A stretch of DNA of 64,000 nucleotides from Candidatus Nomurabacteria bacterium (GTDB lineage Bacteria; Patescibacteriota; Saccharimonadia; Saccharimonadales; CAIOMD01). The translations under genes and the position numbers were made by a program. The DNA lies in assembly GCA_020631975.1 (NCBI GenBank), contig JACKGO010000002.1:7218-71217 (forward strand). The letters are read 5' to 3'. Positions 27,877 to 38,415 of the stretch are shown piece after piece. Below the pieces are notes generated by a model. The model saw only the letters and a program-made list of their open reading frames with translations, searched no databases and was not told the DNA's origin. The first letter of the stretch is position 1. Each line of letters begins with the position of its first letter.

Positions 27877-30777
27877 TTACTGCACAATGATGTAGTCAAA
27901 CGTATACGTTTGGCCGGTTATTGGTGCATTAAGTGTTTGTATTATTAGTGTGTTTTGCTGCGTGCTATTAAATATTTGTAGGCTAGCTGTGTTGGCATTT
28001 TTGGCAGATAATATGGCTCTTGGTGCTATATCAAACTGTGCGTTAAAAGCTATTTCGGCTAAGTCGCCTGCTGTGGTGTTGGCACCAGCAATTATAGTTA
28101 TGGTTCCGGCGGTGTCGTTACCTTCTATGGTTACTTGTGGGGCTGGTATGTTGTTTAGGGTGTCTTCTGTACCTGCTGCTGTACCTGCTGTTGCTACTGG
28201 GGCGTTACCAGCTGTTATGATGTGGCCGTTTATAGTAATGTTAGCTACGGTGATGTTCTCTACTGTTAGGTTGCCGTTAAAGATAGCGTTGCCATTAACC
28301 GTAAGGCTTGTTAAGGTTGTGTTGCCAGATACATTCAGGCTACCGCCAATAGACATATTGCCATTAATAGTAGCGCTGCCACTAATGTCTAGGCTGGCAC
28401 CTTGTAAGACGGTACTTAGTGGTGGGCCTGGGTAATAGCCTTGTTCTACATAAACCATAACGGTAGTTTTACCACTTAGCGGATCCCAGGCTTCTAGAGC
28501 TTTACCTATAACGGTACCGGCAGCTTCAGCTTTTTGAGCTTTACCAGTGTCTGGTGAAGTAGTAATGTAGTCACCTGGTTGGATGTTGCTGGAAGCAACA
28601 GATATTTTAACTGGTACACGGCCGTTTAGAGCGACAGGCATTGGGTTGTCTTCTTCTTTTATGTTATGACCAGCCGAAGTGAAGTCCCCATAATTGTTAG
28701 ATACAATACCTATAACATTAGCTTGGTACGAACTACTGGTTTTAACTAGGCGAGTTACCTGGCCTTTTACTTTGTTCCAGTCTACATTACCGTCTGTTTC
28801 GTCGTAGGTATTAACCATTTCAGTGCCTATGGCCACAATGTCGCCATATTCAACACCACTAGTGACCGGGTACATTTCTGCGTAGTCAGCAGCTGGGGCT
28901 GCGTTACAGTCACGAAGTTGATAGGCAGTGTTGGCTGTTGGTGCGGTACCATTTGCTAGGCTAGAACAAACAGCGTTGGTACTAGCAGCATTACCTAGAG
29001 CAACACTTACAAAGCCCCGGGCGGTGGTGGTGTCTACATTTAGCAATGTGTTGCCGGCTGCATTTTGTACTTGGAAGGCAGTTGTTGAGTCAACTGAATT
29101 CTTAAATACACTTGGGGACTGTTCACTGGCGATTTTTAGGTAGACATCGTCGTAGTACCATGTACCCGTTGCACCTGTTCGTTTTGTTAAATTAAAGTTC
29201 ATAAAGTACTTGCCCGCAGGAACAACGACACTGTTAGTTCTGAGCGTGTAACTTGTGCCAGGATCTGTCCAGACATCTGTTGTGAAGCTAGGGTTGGCAA
29301 AATCTTTATCTGTAAACTCAACATAGAAACCACCAGTACCGCCACCACCGGCAGAACGCTTGACCCAACCTTCATAATAAATTACCTGCCCAGGTTGCAC
29401 AGGCACCCTTTTAACGGTACCCACATCTTTAGGTCCAGCCGCACTTATGCTATATGAATTATTGCCAGACCTAGCATTATTGTTGACTATATCACCAGTT
29501 GTCCACCACCCACTGGAACTAGCATTACCCAAACCAGACTCAAAACCAGGATTTTCAATTTCATTATTGTTATCTCTTATAGAATTGTTAATGATATAAC
29601 CTGTGCCTACAGTTGACCCAGTTTGATTATCCATATTGAATAATACATTGCCTGTAGCATTTTGAAGCTGAAATGCTTGGGTCGTATCTGTAATGTTTTG
29701 AAATACAGCCGAGCCGTCCGAGTACACACGAACTACATTTTGCGGAGAACCGCTAACTGTTAAGTAAATACCATTCTTACCTTGAAGCTGTAGAATATCG
29801 GTGTCGGTGGTTGACTGTTCACCTACCCAAACATTAGTACCAATGCCGTAATCGCCAAAGTAAAGTCTTGCTGTTGCTCCACTTGACGTTGGGTCATCGC
29901 CAATAATAACCCTACCGTTTGCTGTGTCCACCTTTAGCATTGCGACACCGGCTGCGTTCTGCACCTGAAAAGCGGTAGGCGAGTTGACTTGGTTTCTAAA
30001 TAAGCTTTCTCCATTGCTATTTATGCTAACTATGGGGTTAGTGGCACCCTGCAAGTAAAGTGGAAACCTGTTTGTGCCAGTAGTCAAATTCTCTACAAAA
30101 ATACCATAATTGTTGGCAATGGTGCCGTTGTTTAGTGGGTTGGCTACACTAATGCCAATAGCGTTTGTAATGGTTCCCGTGCTAGAGTTTCTTATTTGGG
30201 CATTAATACCTGTTGCGTTTGTAATTGTGCCTGTGGTTTGGTTGAATACTCTAAATTGTCCACCATATACATAACCGACTGTACCCGTTCCCTCGTTAGC
30301 TGCTTGTCCATTAACGCCATAGAGTAAGGCATTTGTCATGTTGTTACTGGTTGTTCCAGCCCAAGTACCGACTGCGGCATAAGATTCATTAGAAACTGAA
30401 GAAGGCGTAGCTGTTACAGTGAATAATGAACCATTTTGATTGAAGGTGTTGCTGGTAGCAACAGTATCAACATATAAACCAGAACCTCCAGAGACATTCT
30501 GACTTATCAGATTTTCTAAATAAATAGCTGACCCAGAAGTGTCTATTGTGAATAAACTGTTACTAGCGCTATTCTGCACCCTGAAGGCAGTGCTTGAATC
30601 TACTGTGTTTTTGAAGGTTGTAGCGCCAGTGTTACCTACTGTTAGCACATTGCTAGCGCCTTTTTGTAAGGTGAGTAAGTTACCACTTGCACCTGTTTTG
30701 TTAATGAATATAGAGCTGTTATTGGTAACTATCTGTTTGTGCGCTGGCTGGAGCGAGCTGTACAAAGCCAGTTCCAC
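27877..30777 (-). CDS. Locus B C-terminal ORF (fibre repeats, CBM-like jelly-roll, shared C-terminal module)
   Basis: 966 aa. It contains an NPGFE...W...YYDDVYLKI carbohydrate-binding-module-like segment. The last ~150 aa (NLTVENITVANITINGHIITAGN...TYTFDYIIVQ) are homologous to the C-termini of loci C and D. Confidence 0.6.
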   Translation of the reverse strand: MELALYSSLQPAHKQIVTNNSSIFINKTGASGNLLTLQKGASNVLTVGNTGATTFKNTVDSSTAFRVQNSASNSLFTIDTSGSAIYLENLISQNVSGGSGLYVDTVATSNTFNQNGSLFTVTATPSSVSNESYAAVGTWAGTTSNNMTNALLYGVNGQAANEGTGTVGYVYGGQFRVFNQTTGTITNATGINAQIRNSSTGTITNAIGISVANPLNNGTIANNYGIFVENLTTGTNRFPLYLQGATNPIVSINSNGESLFRNQVNSPTAFQVQNAAGVAMLKVDTANGRVIIGDDPTSSGATARLYFGDYGIGTNVWVGEQSTTDTDILQLQGKNGIYLTVSGSPQNVVRVYSDGSAVFQNITDTTQAFQLQNATGNVLFNMDNQTGSTVGTGYIINNSIRDNNNEIENPGFESGLGNASSSGWWTTGDIVNNNARSGNNSYSISAAGPKDVGTVKRVPVQPGQVIYYEGWVKRSAGGGGTGGFYVEFTDKDFANPSFTTDVWTDPGTSYTLRTNSVVVPAGKYFMNFNLTKRTGATGTWYYDDVYLKIASEQSPSVFKNSVDSTTAFQVQNAAGNTLLNVDTTTARGFVSVALGNAASTNAVCSSLANGTAPTANTAYQLRDCNAAPAADYAEMYPVTSGVEYGDIVAIGTEMVNTYDETDGNVDWNKVKGQVTRLVKTSSSYQANVIGIVSNNYGDFTSAGHNIKEEDNPMPVALNGRVPVKISVASSNIQPGDYITTSPDTGKAQKAEAAGTVIGKALEAWDPLSGKTTVMVYVEQGYYPGPPLSTVLQGASLDISGSATINGNMSIGGSLNVSGNTTLTSLTVNGNAIFNGNLTVENITVANITINGHIITAGNAPVATAGTAAGTEDTLNNIPAPQVTIEGNDTAGTITIIAGANTTAGDLAEIAFNAQFDIAPRAILSAKNANTASLQIFNSTQQNTLIIQTLNAPITGQTYTFDYIIVQ

Positions 30778-32930
30778 AACTACCCCAACTAGGTGCAGCC
30801 CCTACCCCATTAGATATTAGGCATGAACCACTGGCGACAGCTGCTAGTTTGCTTATGGTTGTAGCACCTGATGCATAGAGTAAGTCACCTGTGGTGTAGC
30901 TACTAAGACCAGTACCACCGTTGGAGACACTTAGGGTTGTATTGAAGTAAGTAGCACTGTTTCTGTCTACTGCTCCAGTGCTAAGCACACCAGAACCATT
31001 AGTTTGTAGTAAACCTGCAGTGTTTAAGCTACTAAATGTAATGGTACCAGAGCTAGTAATAGCGGTAGCGTTTTGGATAGCTCTACCTGAACTGATGACA
31101 GTTGTGGCTCCTACTTGTAAGTTACCACTTACTAGATTTAGGCTATCGCCAGTTGCTAAGTCTAAGCGGTTAGCGGCGCCACGGCTTAAGGCAGTGTCTC
31201 CACCAAATGTTAGACTGCCGCCAATAGTGGCATTGTTTGTAATGGCAAGGCTGGTACCGACACCTGTAGCACTTAGTCCACCACTAAAGGTAGAAGCTGT
31301 AGCAGTGCTGGCTCCTCTACCAGTAACGGTAGCTAGGGTATCTGCTTCTGTGAATGAGGTTAGACAGGTTGCAGTAGTACAAAGAGTGCCACTAGAGTTA
31401 GGTAGAGTCCATGTCTGGTTAGCGGTTGATCGGCACTAGTAATAGTTCCGTTGAATCTAGCTGCACCACCTGCTGTAACGGACAATATAAGCTGGTCGTC
31501 TGTAGCAGTGGCAGTCCCGGTTGTTAGGTTCCGCACATATGCGGTGTTGTTTAGTTAGTGCTCCGGTTAGAGTTGATGTGCCAGTTACGGCTAGAGTGCT
31601 ACTTAGAGTTGTGGCACCATTTAGAGTGTTAGCACCAGTACCTGTTGAGAAGGTGGTAGCACCAGATTGAGTGAAGTTACCTGATGTAGTGAAAGCACCT
31701 GTGCCAAGAGCTAATGTGTTTGCACCGGATACAGTAACTGAGCTATTGAAGGTGGTGGCACCATTTAGAGTGTTAGCACCAGTACCTGTTGAGAAGGTGG
31801 TGGCACCAGTTTGGGAGAAGTTGCCTGTGGTTGTAATAGCACCAGAGTTGAGTACACCTAGTGTAGTTGTACCGGTTACTCCGAGTGTTCCGCCGATGGT
31901 TGCGTTGTTAGTAACACTAAGGCCGGTGCCAGCACCTGTAGCGCTTAAGCCACCACTGAAGGTAGAAGCTGTAGCAGTGCTAGCTCCTCTACCAGTTACG
32001 GTAGCAAGGGTATCTGCTTCACTAGCTAGACCACAACTGCCCCATATAAGCGTAGTCGCATTACTAGTTAGACACTGACCATTAGTACCTCGAGCTAGTC
32101 GAGTAGAGTTAGTACCGTTAGAGTACAGCAGATCACCATTAGTAGTTAGACCAGATATGGCGTTAATGGCGCCTTGAGCAGTAGTAGCGCCGGTACCGCC
32201 ATTAGCGACGGCTAAGGTACCACCTAGAGTTAAGGTACCACTAGTAGTTATCGGGCCACCACCTAGGGTTAAGCCAGTGGTGCCACCACTACCAGATACG
32301 CTAGTAACTGTACCAGTAGTACTGCTAGTACCTGCTCCAATAGCGGTTCTGAAGCTAGCAGCATCTAGAGCTGAGACAGTGTTGTCGGCATTAACTCTTA
32401 GGAATGTAATGGCGCTTGGGTTAGTAAGAGTAAATAGGTTACCACCGACTGTAGTAGCCCCCAGGTTAGTTCGAGCACCAGCGGCGGTAGACGAGCCAGT
32501 ACCACCGTTAGCGACTGGGACACTAGCTACAGTACCAAGTACACCAGCTGCGGTATTGGTGACAATACCGGCTGTACTAAGACCACTAAAGGTAATAGTA
32601 CCAGAGCTAGTAATAGCGGTAGCGTTCTGGATAGCTCTACCTGAGCTAATGACAGTTGTGGCTCCTACTTGAGGTTGCCACTAGATACATTAACATTACC
32701 CGTACCATTTGGAGTTAGAACAATGTTACCGTTACCCGCAGTAGTTTGCACATTAAGATTATTAGAACCGTCTGTGTAAAGTTTGGAGAGTTGGTTGTTA
32801 TTAACCTGGTTAGTAGAAGTAAAATCACCACCGACATAGAGTGGGCCGTTATTTATCTTCTTAAGACTTATATGATCAATTAGAGTGGTTTCACCACCTA
32901 CCGAAGCATAGTTTGTTAAAATGATAACCC

Positions 32931-33758
32931 TTACATATTTGGTGCCAACTGGGAAGTTGGGGAATACCGTTCCTCTCCACTGGTGGTTGCATTAAATTTA
33001 TGCCAGTTGCCATCGTTAGGAATATTATAGGCAGAGGCAGCAAAATAACACCAACTACCACAAGGCGCGGTCAGAATAGCTACTTTCGATGCGTTATATG
33101 CTTTATATCCAAAGTATAATGTTCCTGGGGTTGAGCCAGTAACTGTTTCTTTGAAATAGCCTTCTAGTTGCAGAGTGTCTTTAGTTGGGTCAACCGGTAT
33201 ATAGTCATCTGACTCAATAGTGCCAGCATTAACCGACTGAGCTGTATAGTTACCAGAGTTAGCTCCGGTAACAATGCCAGTAATCCCTGACCATCCTGCG
33301 GTAGTATTTGTTTCAAAGTCACCATTATATAAAAGATTATCGTTATCTGGCACTAAGTAGCCGCCTTGAGTGATTTTACCCGTTACGGCTAAGTCACCAG
33401 TTACCTGAGCGCCTGTACTACTGACCCTAAATCGTTCTGTGCCACCAACACTAAAGCCGAGGTTGTTGGCATCTATACGGTACATACCCATGTTGGTAGA
33501 GCTACTAAAGCTGTAGCTTGGGCCACCGACTGCACCATCTGCTGCTTGGAAAAGACCGGCTGTAGTTAGCCTATTAGTACCGTTTTGTTGGATGTTACCA
33601 CTTACTAGGTTAAGACTATCACCAGATGCAAGGTCTAGGCGGTTGGCTGCACCACGGCTTAGGGTAGTGTCTGCACCAAAGGTTAATGAACCAGAACAAG
33701 CAAAGTTACCACTAGAATTAGTGATTGTACAGCCTGTAGAACTATTGCCACCAGCCAA
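32931..33758 (-). CDS. Locus B internal ORF fragment
   Basis: 275 aa. It contains the RGAANRLDLASGDSLNLVSGNIQQNGTNRLTTAGLFQAADGAVGGPSYSFSS block and a YNGDFETNTTAGWSG CBM-like domain, both also present in the 3965-aa ORF. It is truncated at SGEE.. by a 1-nt loss relative to the paralog. Confidence 0.5.
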   Translation of the reverse strand: MAGGNSSTGCTITNSSGNFACSGSLTFGADTTLSRGAANRLDLASGDSLNLVSGNIQQNGTNRLTTAGLFQAADGAVGGPSYSFSSSTNMGMYRIDANNLGFSVGGTERFRVSSTGAQVTGDLAVTGKITQGGYLVPDNDNLLYNGDFETNTTAGWSGITGIVTGANSGNYTAQSVNAGTIESDDYIPVDPTKDTLQLEGYFKETVTGSTPGTLYFGYKAYNASKVAILTAPCGSWCYFAASAYNIPNDGNWHKFNATTSGEERYSPTSQLAPNM

Positions 33759-34500
33759 TAGAACATCTCCCGTAGTATTCAGAACTTCAATTGGAGCATC
33801 TACATAAGTACCACCATTGTATCGCTGGACTTGAAATGCTGGGTTAGCACCTCCGCCAATAGCACCTATTGACCAGTTGGTAGTAGCACCATAGCTAAAT
33901 GATAATCTCTGAGAACCTGTGCTACCGCCAGTTATTACAGCGGCCGCTTCACCACTGCCCGGCCCAACAGTTAATCCACCACCAACAGTAGCATTGTTGG
34001 TAACACTAAGGCCCGTACCTGCTCCGGTTGCACTTAGGCCGCCACTAAAAGTTGAAGCAGTTGCAGTGCTCGCACCACGAGCTGTGACAGTTGCTAGGGT
34101 ATCTGCTTCAGAGAATGAGGTTAGACAAGTGGCGGTGGTACAGACAGTGCCAGTTGTTGGAAGCGTTAAGCTGGTAGCGCCACTAGTAGTAAAGAATAAG
34201 CTGTTACCAGCTGTAGATAACGGAATAATACCAGAGTTATCTTGTAGAGTGTAAGTTCTAGCAGCGGTTAGGTTGGCGTTGGTTATCGTACCGTCAAAAC
34301 GAGCACCAGTACCAAGAGCGGCTGAAGTAATAAGAATACGATCATCGGTTGCCGTAGCATTATCTACAGTTAGACCACGAATGGTAGCTCCGCCAGTGAA
34401 GGAGCTAGCTGTGGTAGTTGTAGCACCACGAGTAGTAACACTTTGAGGGTATCTGCTTCAGCCGCTAGCTTGCCATTAAAGGTTGTCCAATCGGCGGCAG

Positions 34501-37092
34501 TTAAGAAACCTTTAGTTGAACCACTAGCTGCTTGGCCGTTAGCGTAATCAAGGGATATAACGCCGGCGGCATCGTTAAAGTCGGCGGCTGTAAAGGTAGC
34601 AGCACCTTGGTAGTGCCATTAGCTGCGGCATCGGCAATAGTTAGAGCACCAGTCGTAGCACTAAGTGACAATGCTCCACTAGCACTGACAGCTACCGTAC
34701 CAGAACCGTCAGGTAGAGTAATAGTTCGAGCAGTAGCACCTAGTGTGGTTAAAGCTTGAAGAGTAATAGTGCTAGAACCAGCACCGGAACTTCTAAAGAC
34801 AACTCCACCATTATTAGAACCAGTTGTACCAAGGGTTAGAGCATTAGCTGCAGTGAAGGTGTTAGCAGCACTAAAGCTGTTAGCTTGGTCTTTGTAAGCA
34901 ACATTACTTAGTGTGCCGCCAGTATTAATGTTGGCGCCATTTAATAGAATGCTAGTTGTAGCATTAAGAGTGGCAGCAATACCAGTACCAGTACCAATAT
35001 TAAAGTTAGTGTTCTGGGCTGTACCTGGTGTAGTACCTTGAGCTTGGATATAGTTGGCCGAACCAGAGCTAGCTGCAAATGCGGTACAAGTAATGGTATC
35101 TCCTAGAGCAGTAATAGCGTTACCAGCACTACAGGCAGCTGGGTAATTGTTTAGAGCAGTCCAGTCAACTGTACTGCCAGAACCAATAGTTAGGGTGTCG
35201 TTAATATATGTATCTGTGATGACACTACCCTGCCAAGTACCACTAGTAATAGTGCCAGTAGCGGTAATAGCGCTTAAGTTACCAGTAGTTAGAATAGTAC
35301 CGGTAGCATTAGGTAGAGTGTAGGTTCTGTTAGCAGTTAAATCGGCGCTGGTAATAGTACCGGTAAAGCGACCGGCTCCACCAGTTGTGACACTGAGTAC
35401 TAATAGATCATCTGTAGCTGTAGCTGTGTCTACGGTTAGACCGCGGATGGTAGCTCCGCCAGTGAAGCTTGGGTTGTTAACCACATTAACCGTCAAACTC
35501 CCATTAGCCCCACCATCAGTGATGCTGATGTTAGAGCCGGCGGTTAGAACTCGTTCGTTAGTTAGGGTACCGTCTAAACCTACGGTAATGTAGCTAGCAG
35601 CAATTGGAGCGCTACCACTACCACCTGTACCACAAGTACTGCTGAAGCTTAGGTTACCACTAGCGTCACCAACAATACAGTCACCACTACCGCCGTAGCC
35701 ACTAGGTAGTTTGAAGGTTAGGTTACTAGCAATAGCAGCTGACTGGAGAGTGGTCGTGTTAGAGCTACCGTCGCTTAGGACTAAGCTACCAGCTTGGCTG
35801 GTAGTACCGACACTAACGGAAGCTCCTTGGACAGTTAGAGTACCGCTAAAGGTTGGAGAGTTAGCGACATTGATGGTCAAGGTGCCGTTGGCACCTGTGT
35901 CAGCGACGCTGATGTTAGTGCCAGCACTGAGCAAGCGTTCGTTAGATAGACCAGAGTCATAAGCTAGGGTGAGATACTGAGCATTGTTAGGAGCACTACC
36001 ACTACCACCTGCTCCACAGGTACTGCTGAAGCTAAGAACACCAGTGCCGTTAGTGACTAGACAGTCACCGCTAGTGCCGTTAGTAGCTGGGAGGGTGAAA
36101 GTCAGGTTAGAGCTAATGGCCGCTGACTGGATGGTGGTGGTATTACTGCTACCGTCACTAAGAGTGAGAACACCAGCTTGAGTAGTAGTACCAATACTGA
36201 CACTGGCGCCTTGGAAGACACCAGTACCAGCTACGGTTAGGTTACCGTTAGCTGCTAGCAGTAGTCGGTCGTTACCACCAGACTGAAGCTGGAGTAAGCT
36301 ACCAGTACCAGTTTGGTTGATCCGCAGTGCCGTGTTGGCTGAGTTGACAGTTTGGGTGGCACTAGGTGCCAGTTGGGCCAGTTGGTCAGCTGTAAAGGAG
36401 CCCGTGGCTCCTTTGAGGGTTTGGGCTTGTTGGGCAGCAAAGGCGTATGGTACAGCCGTTACCTTGATGCGAGGGTTCATCTCACCATTCCATGGTGGGG
36501 TGGCGGTTTGAGTAGGACCGCCGATGTTCATGCTGAGCCAGAGTTCTTGGCTCCAGTCTATGGTGCCAGGAAAGGCTGTACCACCAGCCGTGGTATCTGC
36601 CAGGCTGACAGTCAGGTAGCCGTTCTTGACCTGGACACGGTAGTCGTTGCCAGGTGCGGCGCCATTGGTGTCGTAGCGAGTGTCTGTCCAGAGCAGTGTG
36701 CCACCAGAGGCTGCATCGTACAGTTTAAACTGGACGTTGTAGTAGCCATCAGGCACCAGGGCGCCGGTGTTGGTGAGGATACGGGCTTGGAAGTTAATGG
36801 TGGTGTTGGCGGCTGCTAACGCGTTGGGTGTGAAGGCGGGCGTATATAGATATATAGCGGTAAGGAGGCTGAGAGTGAGGGTGAACAAAAGAGAGCTGGC
36901 AGTAATGGTGCGATGGAATATACGGGTTGAGTGGGAATTGGTACTACCAGGATGTAGTACGTATGTACATAATTTTGTAAGTCTATAAAAAACAAAAAAC
37001 ACAGGCCCGCTTATGTGGGATCTGTGCCTAAGATATCTGTTGGTAGGTGCGACGTTGCGGCCTTTTAGCCAATAACGCCATTTGCGCAGCAT
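34501..37092 (-). CDS. Locus B N-terminal ORF (leader + conserved N-domain + repeats)
   Basis: 863 aa. The leader MLRKWRYWLKGRNV... is identical to the locus D remnant. The N-domain AANTTINFQARILTNTGALVPDGYYNVQFKLYDAASGG... is shared with A and C. Confidence 0.7.
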   Translation of the reverse strand: MLRKWRYWLKGRNVAPTNRYLRHRSHISGPVFFVFYRLTKLCTYVLHPGSTNSHSTRIFHRTITASSLLFTLTLSLLTAIYLYTPAFTPNALAAANTTINFQARILTNTGALVPDGYYNVQFKLYDAASGGTLLWTDTRYDTNGAAPGNDYRVQVKNGYLTVSLADTTAGGTAFPGTIDWSQELWLSMNIGGPTQTATPPWNGEMNPRIKVTAVPYAFAAQQAQTLKGATGSFTADQLAQLAPSATQTVNSANTALRINQTGTGSLLQLQSGGNDRLLLAANGNLTVAGTGVFQGASVSIGTTTQAGVLTLSDGSSNTTTIQSAAISSNLTFTLPATNGTSGDCLVTNGTGVLSFSSTCGAGGSGSAPNNAQYLTLAYDSGLSNERLLSAGTNISVADTGANGTLTINVANSPTFSGTLTVQGASVSVGTTSQAGSLVLSDGSSNTTTLQSAAIASNLTFKLPSGYGGSGDCIVGDASGNLSFSSTCGTGGSGSAPIAASYITVGLDGTLTNERVLTAGSNISITDGGANGSLTVNVVNNPSFTGGATIRGLTVDTATATDDLLVLSVTTGGAGRFTGTITSADLTANRTYTLPNATGTILTTGNLSAITATGTITSGTWQGSVITDTYINDTLTIGSGSTVDWTALNNYPAACSAGNAITALGDTITCTAFAASSGSANYIQAQGTTPGTAQNTNFNIGTGTGIAATLNATTSILLNGANINTGGTLSNVAYKDQANSFSAANTFTAANALTLGTTGSNNGGVVFRSSGAGSSTITLQALTTLGATARTITLPDGSGTVAVSASGALSLSATTGALTIADAAANGTTKVLLPLQPPTLTMPPALYPLITLTAKQLVVQLKVS

Positions 37093-37370
37093 GTTGGTTT
37101 TTTGGTTTTTTTGTTTTTTTAGTGTTTGTGTGTGTATACCGCTGTTTTGGTTTACAGGTTTTAGTATATATGATTAGCCGCAGCAAGCAAGCCATTTTGT
37201 ATACAAAAATAGAACATGTGAATACACCCAAAAATGTGTAAATAATGTGTACAATATGTTGTGTATACAACATCGTAACAGCTTTAATATATAAAATCTT
37301 ATAGTTAGATAGCAAAATTAATTGTAATATTATTTACAACATTATAATTATACCACGTAGAGTTTTCCAC
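37093..37370 (-). promoter_or_regulatory. Conserved upstream module of fibre locus B
   Basis: T6-GG-T7-G-T7 tracts (37097-37119) next to the ATG, TTGTATACAAAAATAGAACA (37197-37216), TGTACA (37248-37253), CATCGTAACAG and TTTTCCACAG (37362-37371). Confidence 0.5.
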
Positions 37371-37407
37371 AGGTATATTTTAATTATCTTACAAAATTGA
37401 TTACATG

Positions 37408-38415
37408 TTACTCAAGGTTTTGTGTCATATGTTCATACACAATAACTGAAATTTTACCTATGTGTTGGCTGGCGAATTCATCACTACCATTAATCATTAC
37501 ACACAGTAAGTACGGGCGTGTTGGTACGTAAAATATGCCACAATCACTTTGAGTACTTTGCTCAAAACTCCCAATTTTATGGGCTATAGTGGGCATTGTA
37601 TCTTGCGGTATGTACCGTTTTAGCCTGTCATTAAATGTTGTATTTGTAAGTGTATACAACATTTCTTGGGAATGTTCTTTAGATATATAGCATGCAAAAT
37701 ATAAGCATTTTAAGATAGAAGAATACGCCTCTGCACCAATTAAAGTTGAGCCTTCTTTATCGCTAGCATAAGATAAATCAACAAAATTAAATACTTGATC
37801 AATTGTTTGTAAGCCTACTTTTTGTGATAATACATCTGCTAGTGCCCGCAAGGCTGTGTTGTCTGAATCTCGTAACATTGTTGTTACTAGATCGTCTAAT
37901 GTCAGTTTGTAGCCACTGCCCTTTTTATATAAACTACCGTACGTACTGTCTAGATTTGCTTGCGTTAAAGTAATAATATCGTCTTTTTTCAGCGTACCTT
38001 CTTCTAGCGCATGGTAGTATTGCATGGCAAAAGGCACTTTAAGCAATGATGCGCCAATTAAGGTGTGTGTTTCGTTAAGCCCAACAGATGTTCCGGTAGG
38101 TAAATACTCATAATAAATGCTGTAGTCAATGTTTTGTAAGTTCGCATCTGTGTAATCTGTTAACTTTTGCCTTAAATCTGTAAAATTCACGATTCGTTCA
38201 TTGCCATTAGTGCTAAGGATACGATCTGCTAGCAAATTATAGCGTTCCTGTTTGGTGTTTAGTGAATTCTTATAAATTACTACAGTTAAGACGCCCCCAG
38301 ACACCATGCCAAATACAATCAAAACGACTGCAATTGCCAGCCGCTTGGCCACCTGTTTTTTGTTTTGTACTCTTAGCATAAGCGTAAGTCTAATTATAGC
38401 ACCCAATAGCCCCAA
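37408..38415 (-). CDS. Membrane-anchored class A beta-lactamase-like serine hydrolase
   Basis: 335 aa with an N-terminal TM helix, SxxK (SLLK), SDN (RDSDNTAL) and a KTG-like HKIGS. Confidence 0.65.
   Translation of the reverse strand: MGLLGAIIRLTLMLRVQNKKQVAKRLAIAVVLIVFGMVSGGVLTVVIYKNSLNTKQERYNLLADRILSTNGNERIVNFTDLRQKLTDYTDANLQNIDYSIYYEYLPTGTSVGLNETHTLIGASLLKVPFAMQYYHALEEGTLKKDDIITLTQANLDSTYGSLYKKGSGYKLTLDDLVTTMLRDSDNTALRALADVLSQKVGLQTIDQVFNFVDLSYASDKEGSTLIGAEAYSSILKCLYFACYISKEHSQEMLYTLTNTTFNDRLKRYIPQDTMPTIAHKIGSFEQSTQSDCGIFYVPTRPYLLCVMINGSDEFASQHIGKISVIVYEHMTQNLE

Larger units (their letters stand above)
27877..37092 (-). pseudogene. Fibre locus B: ~9.2 kb tail-fibre-like gene whose homologous reading frame is broken at 7 or more points (true pseudogene, phase-off state or assembly indels)
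   Basis: The ORFs 34501..37092, 32931..33758, 30719..30988 and 27877..30777, plus Met-less open frames between them, translate into one continuous fibre-like sequence if single-base indels are corrected. The indels are at ~34607, ~34446, ~32970, ~32670, ~31560, ~31440 and ~30735. Example: ACC AAG GTG where ACC AAA GGT GCT GCT ACC TTT (KGAATFTAADFNDAAGVISLDYANGQAASGSTKGFLTAADWTTFNGK) is expected. Confidence 0.5.
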
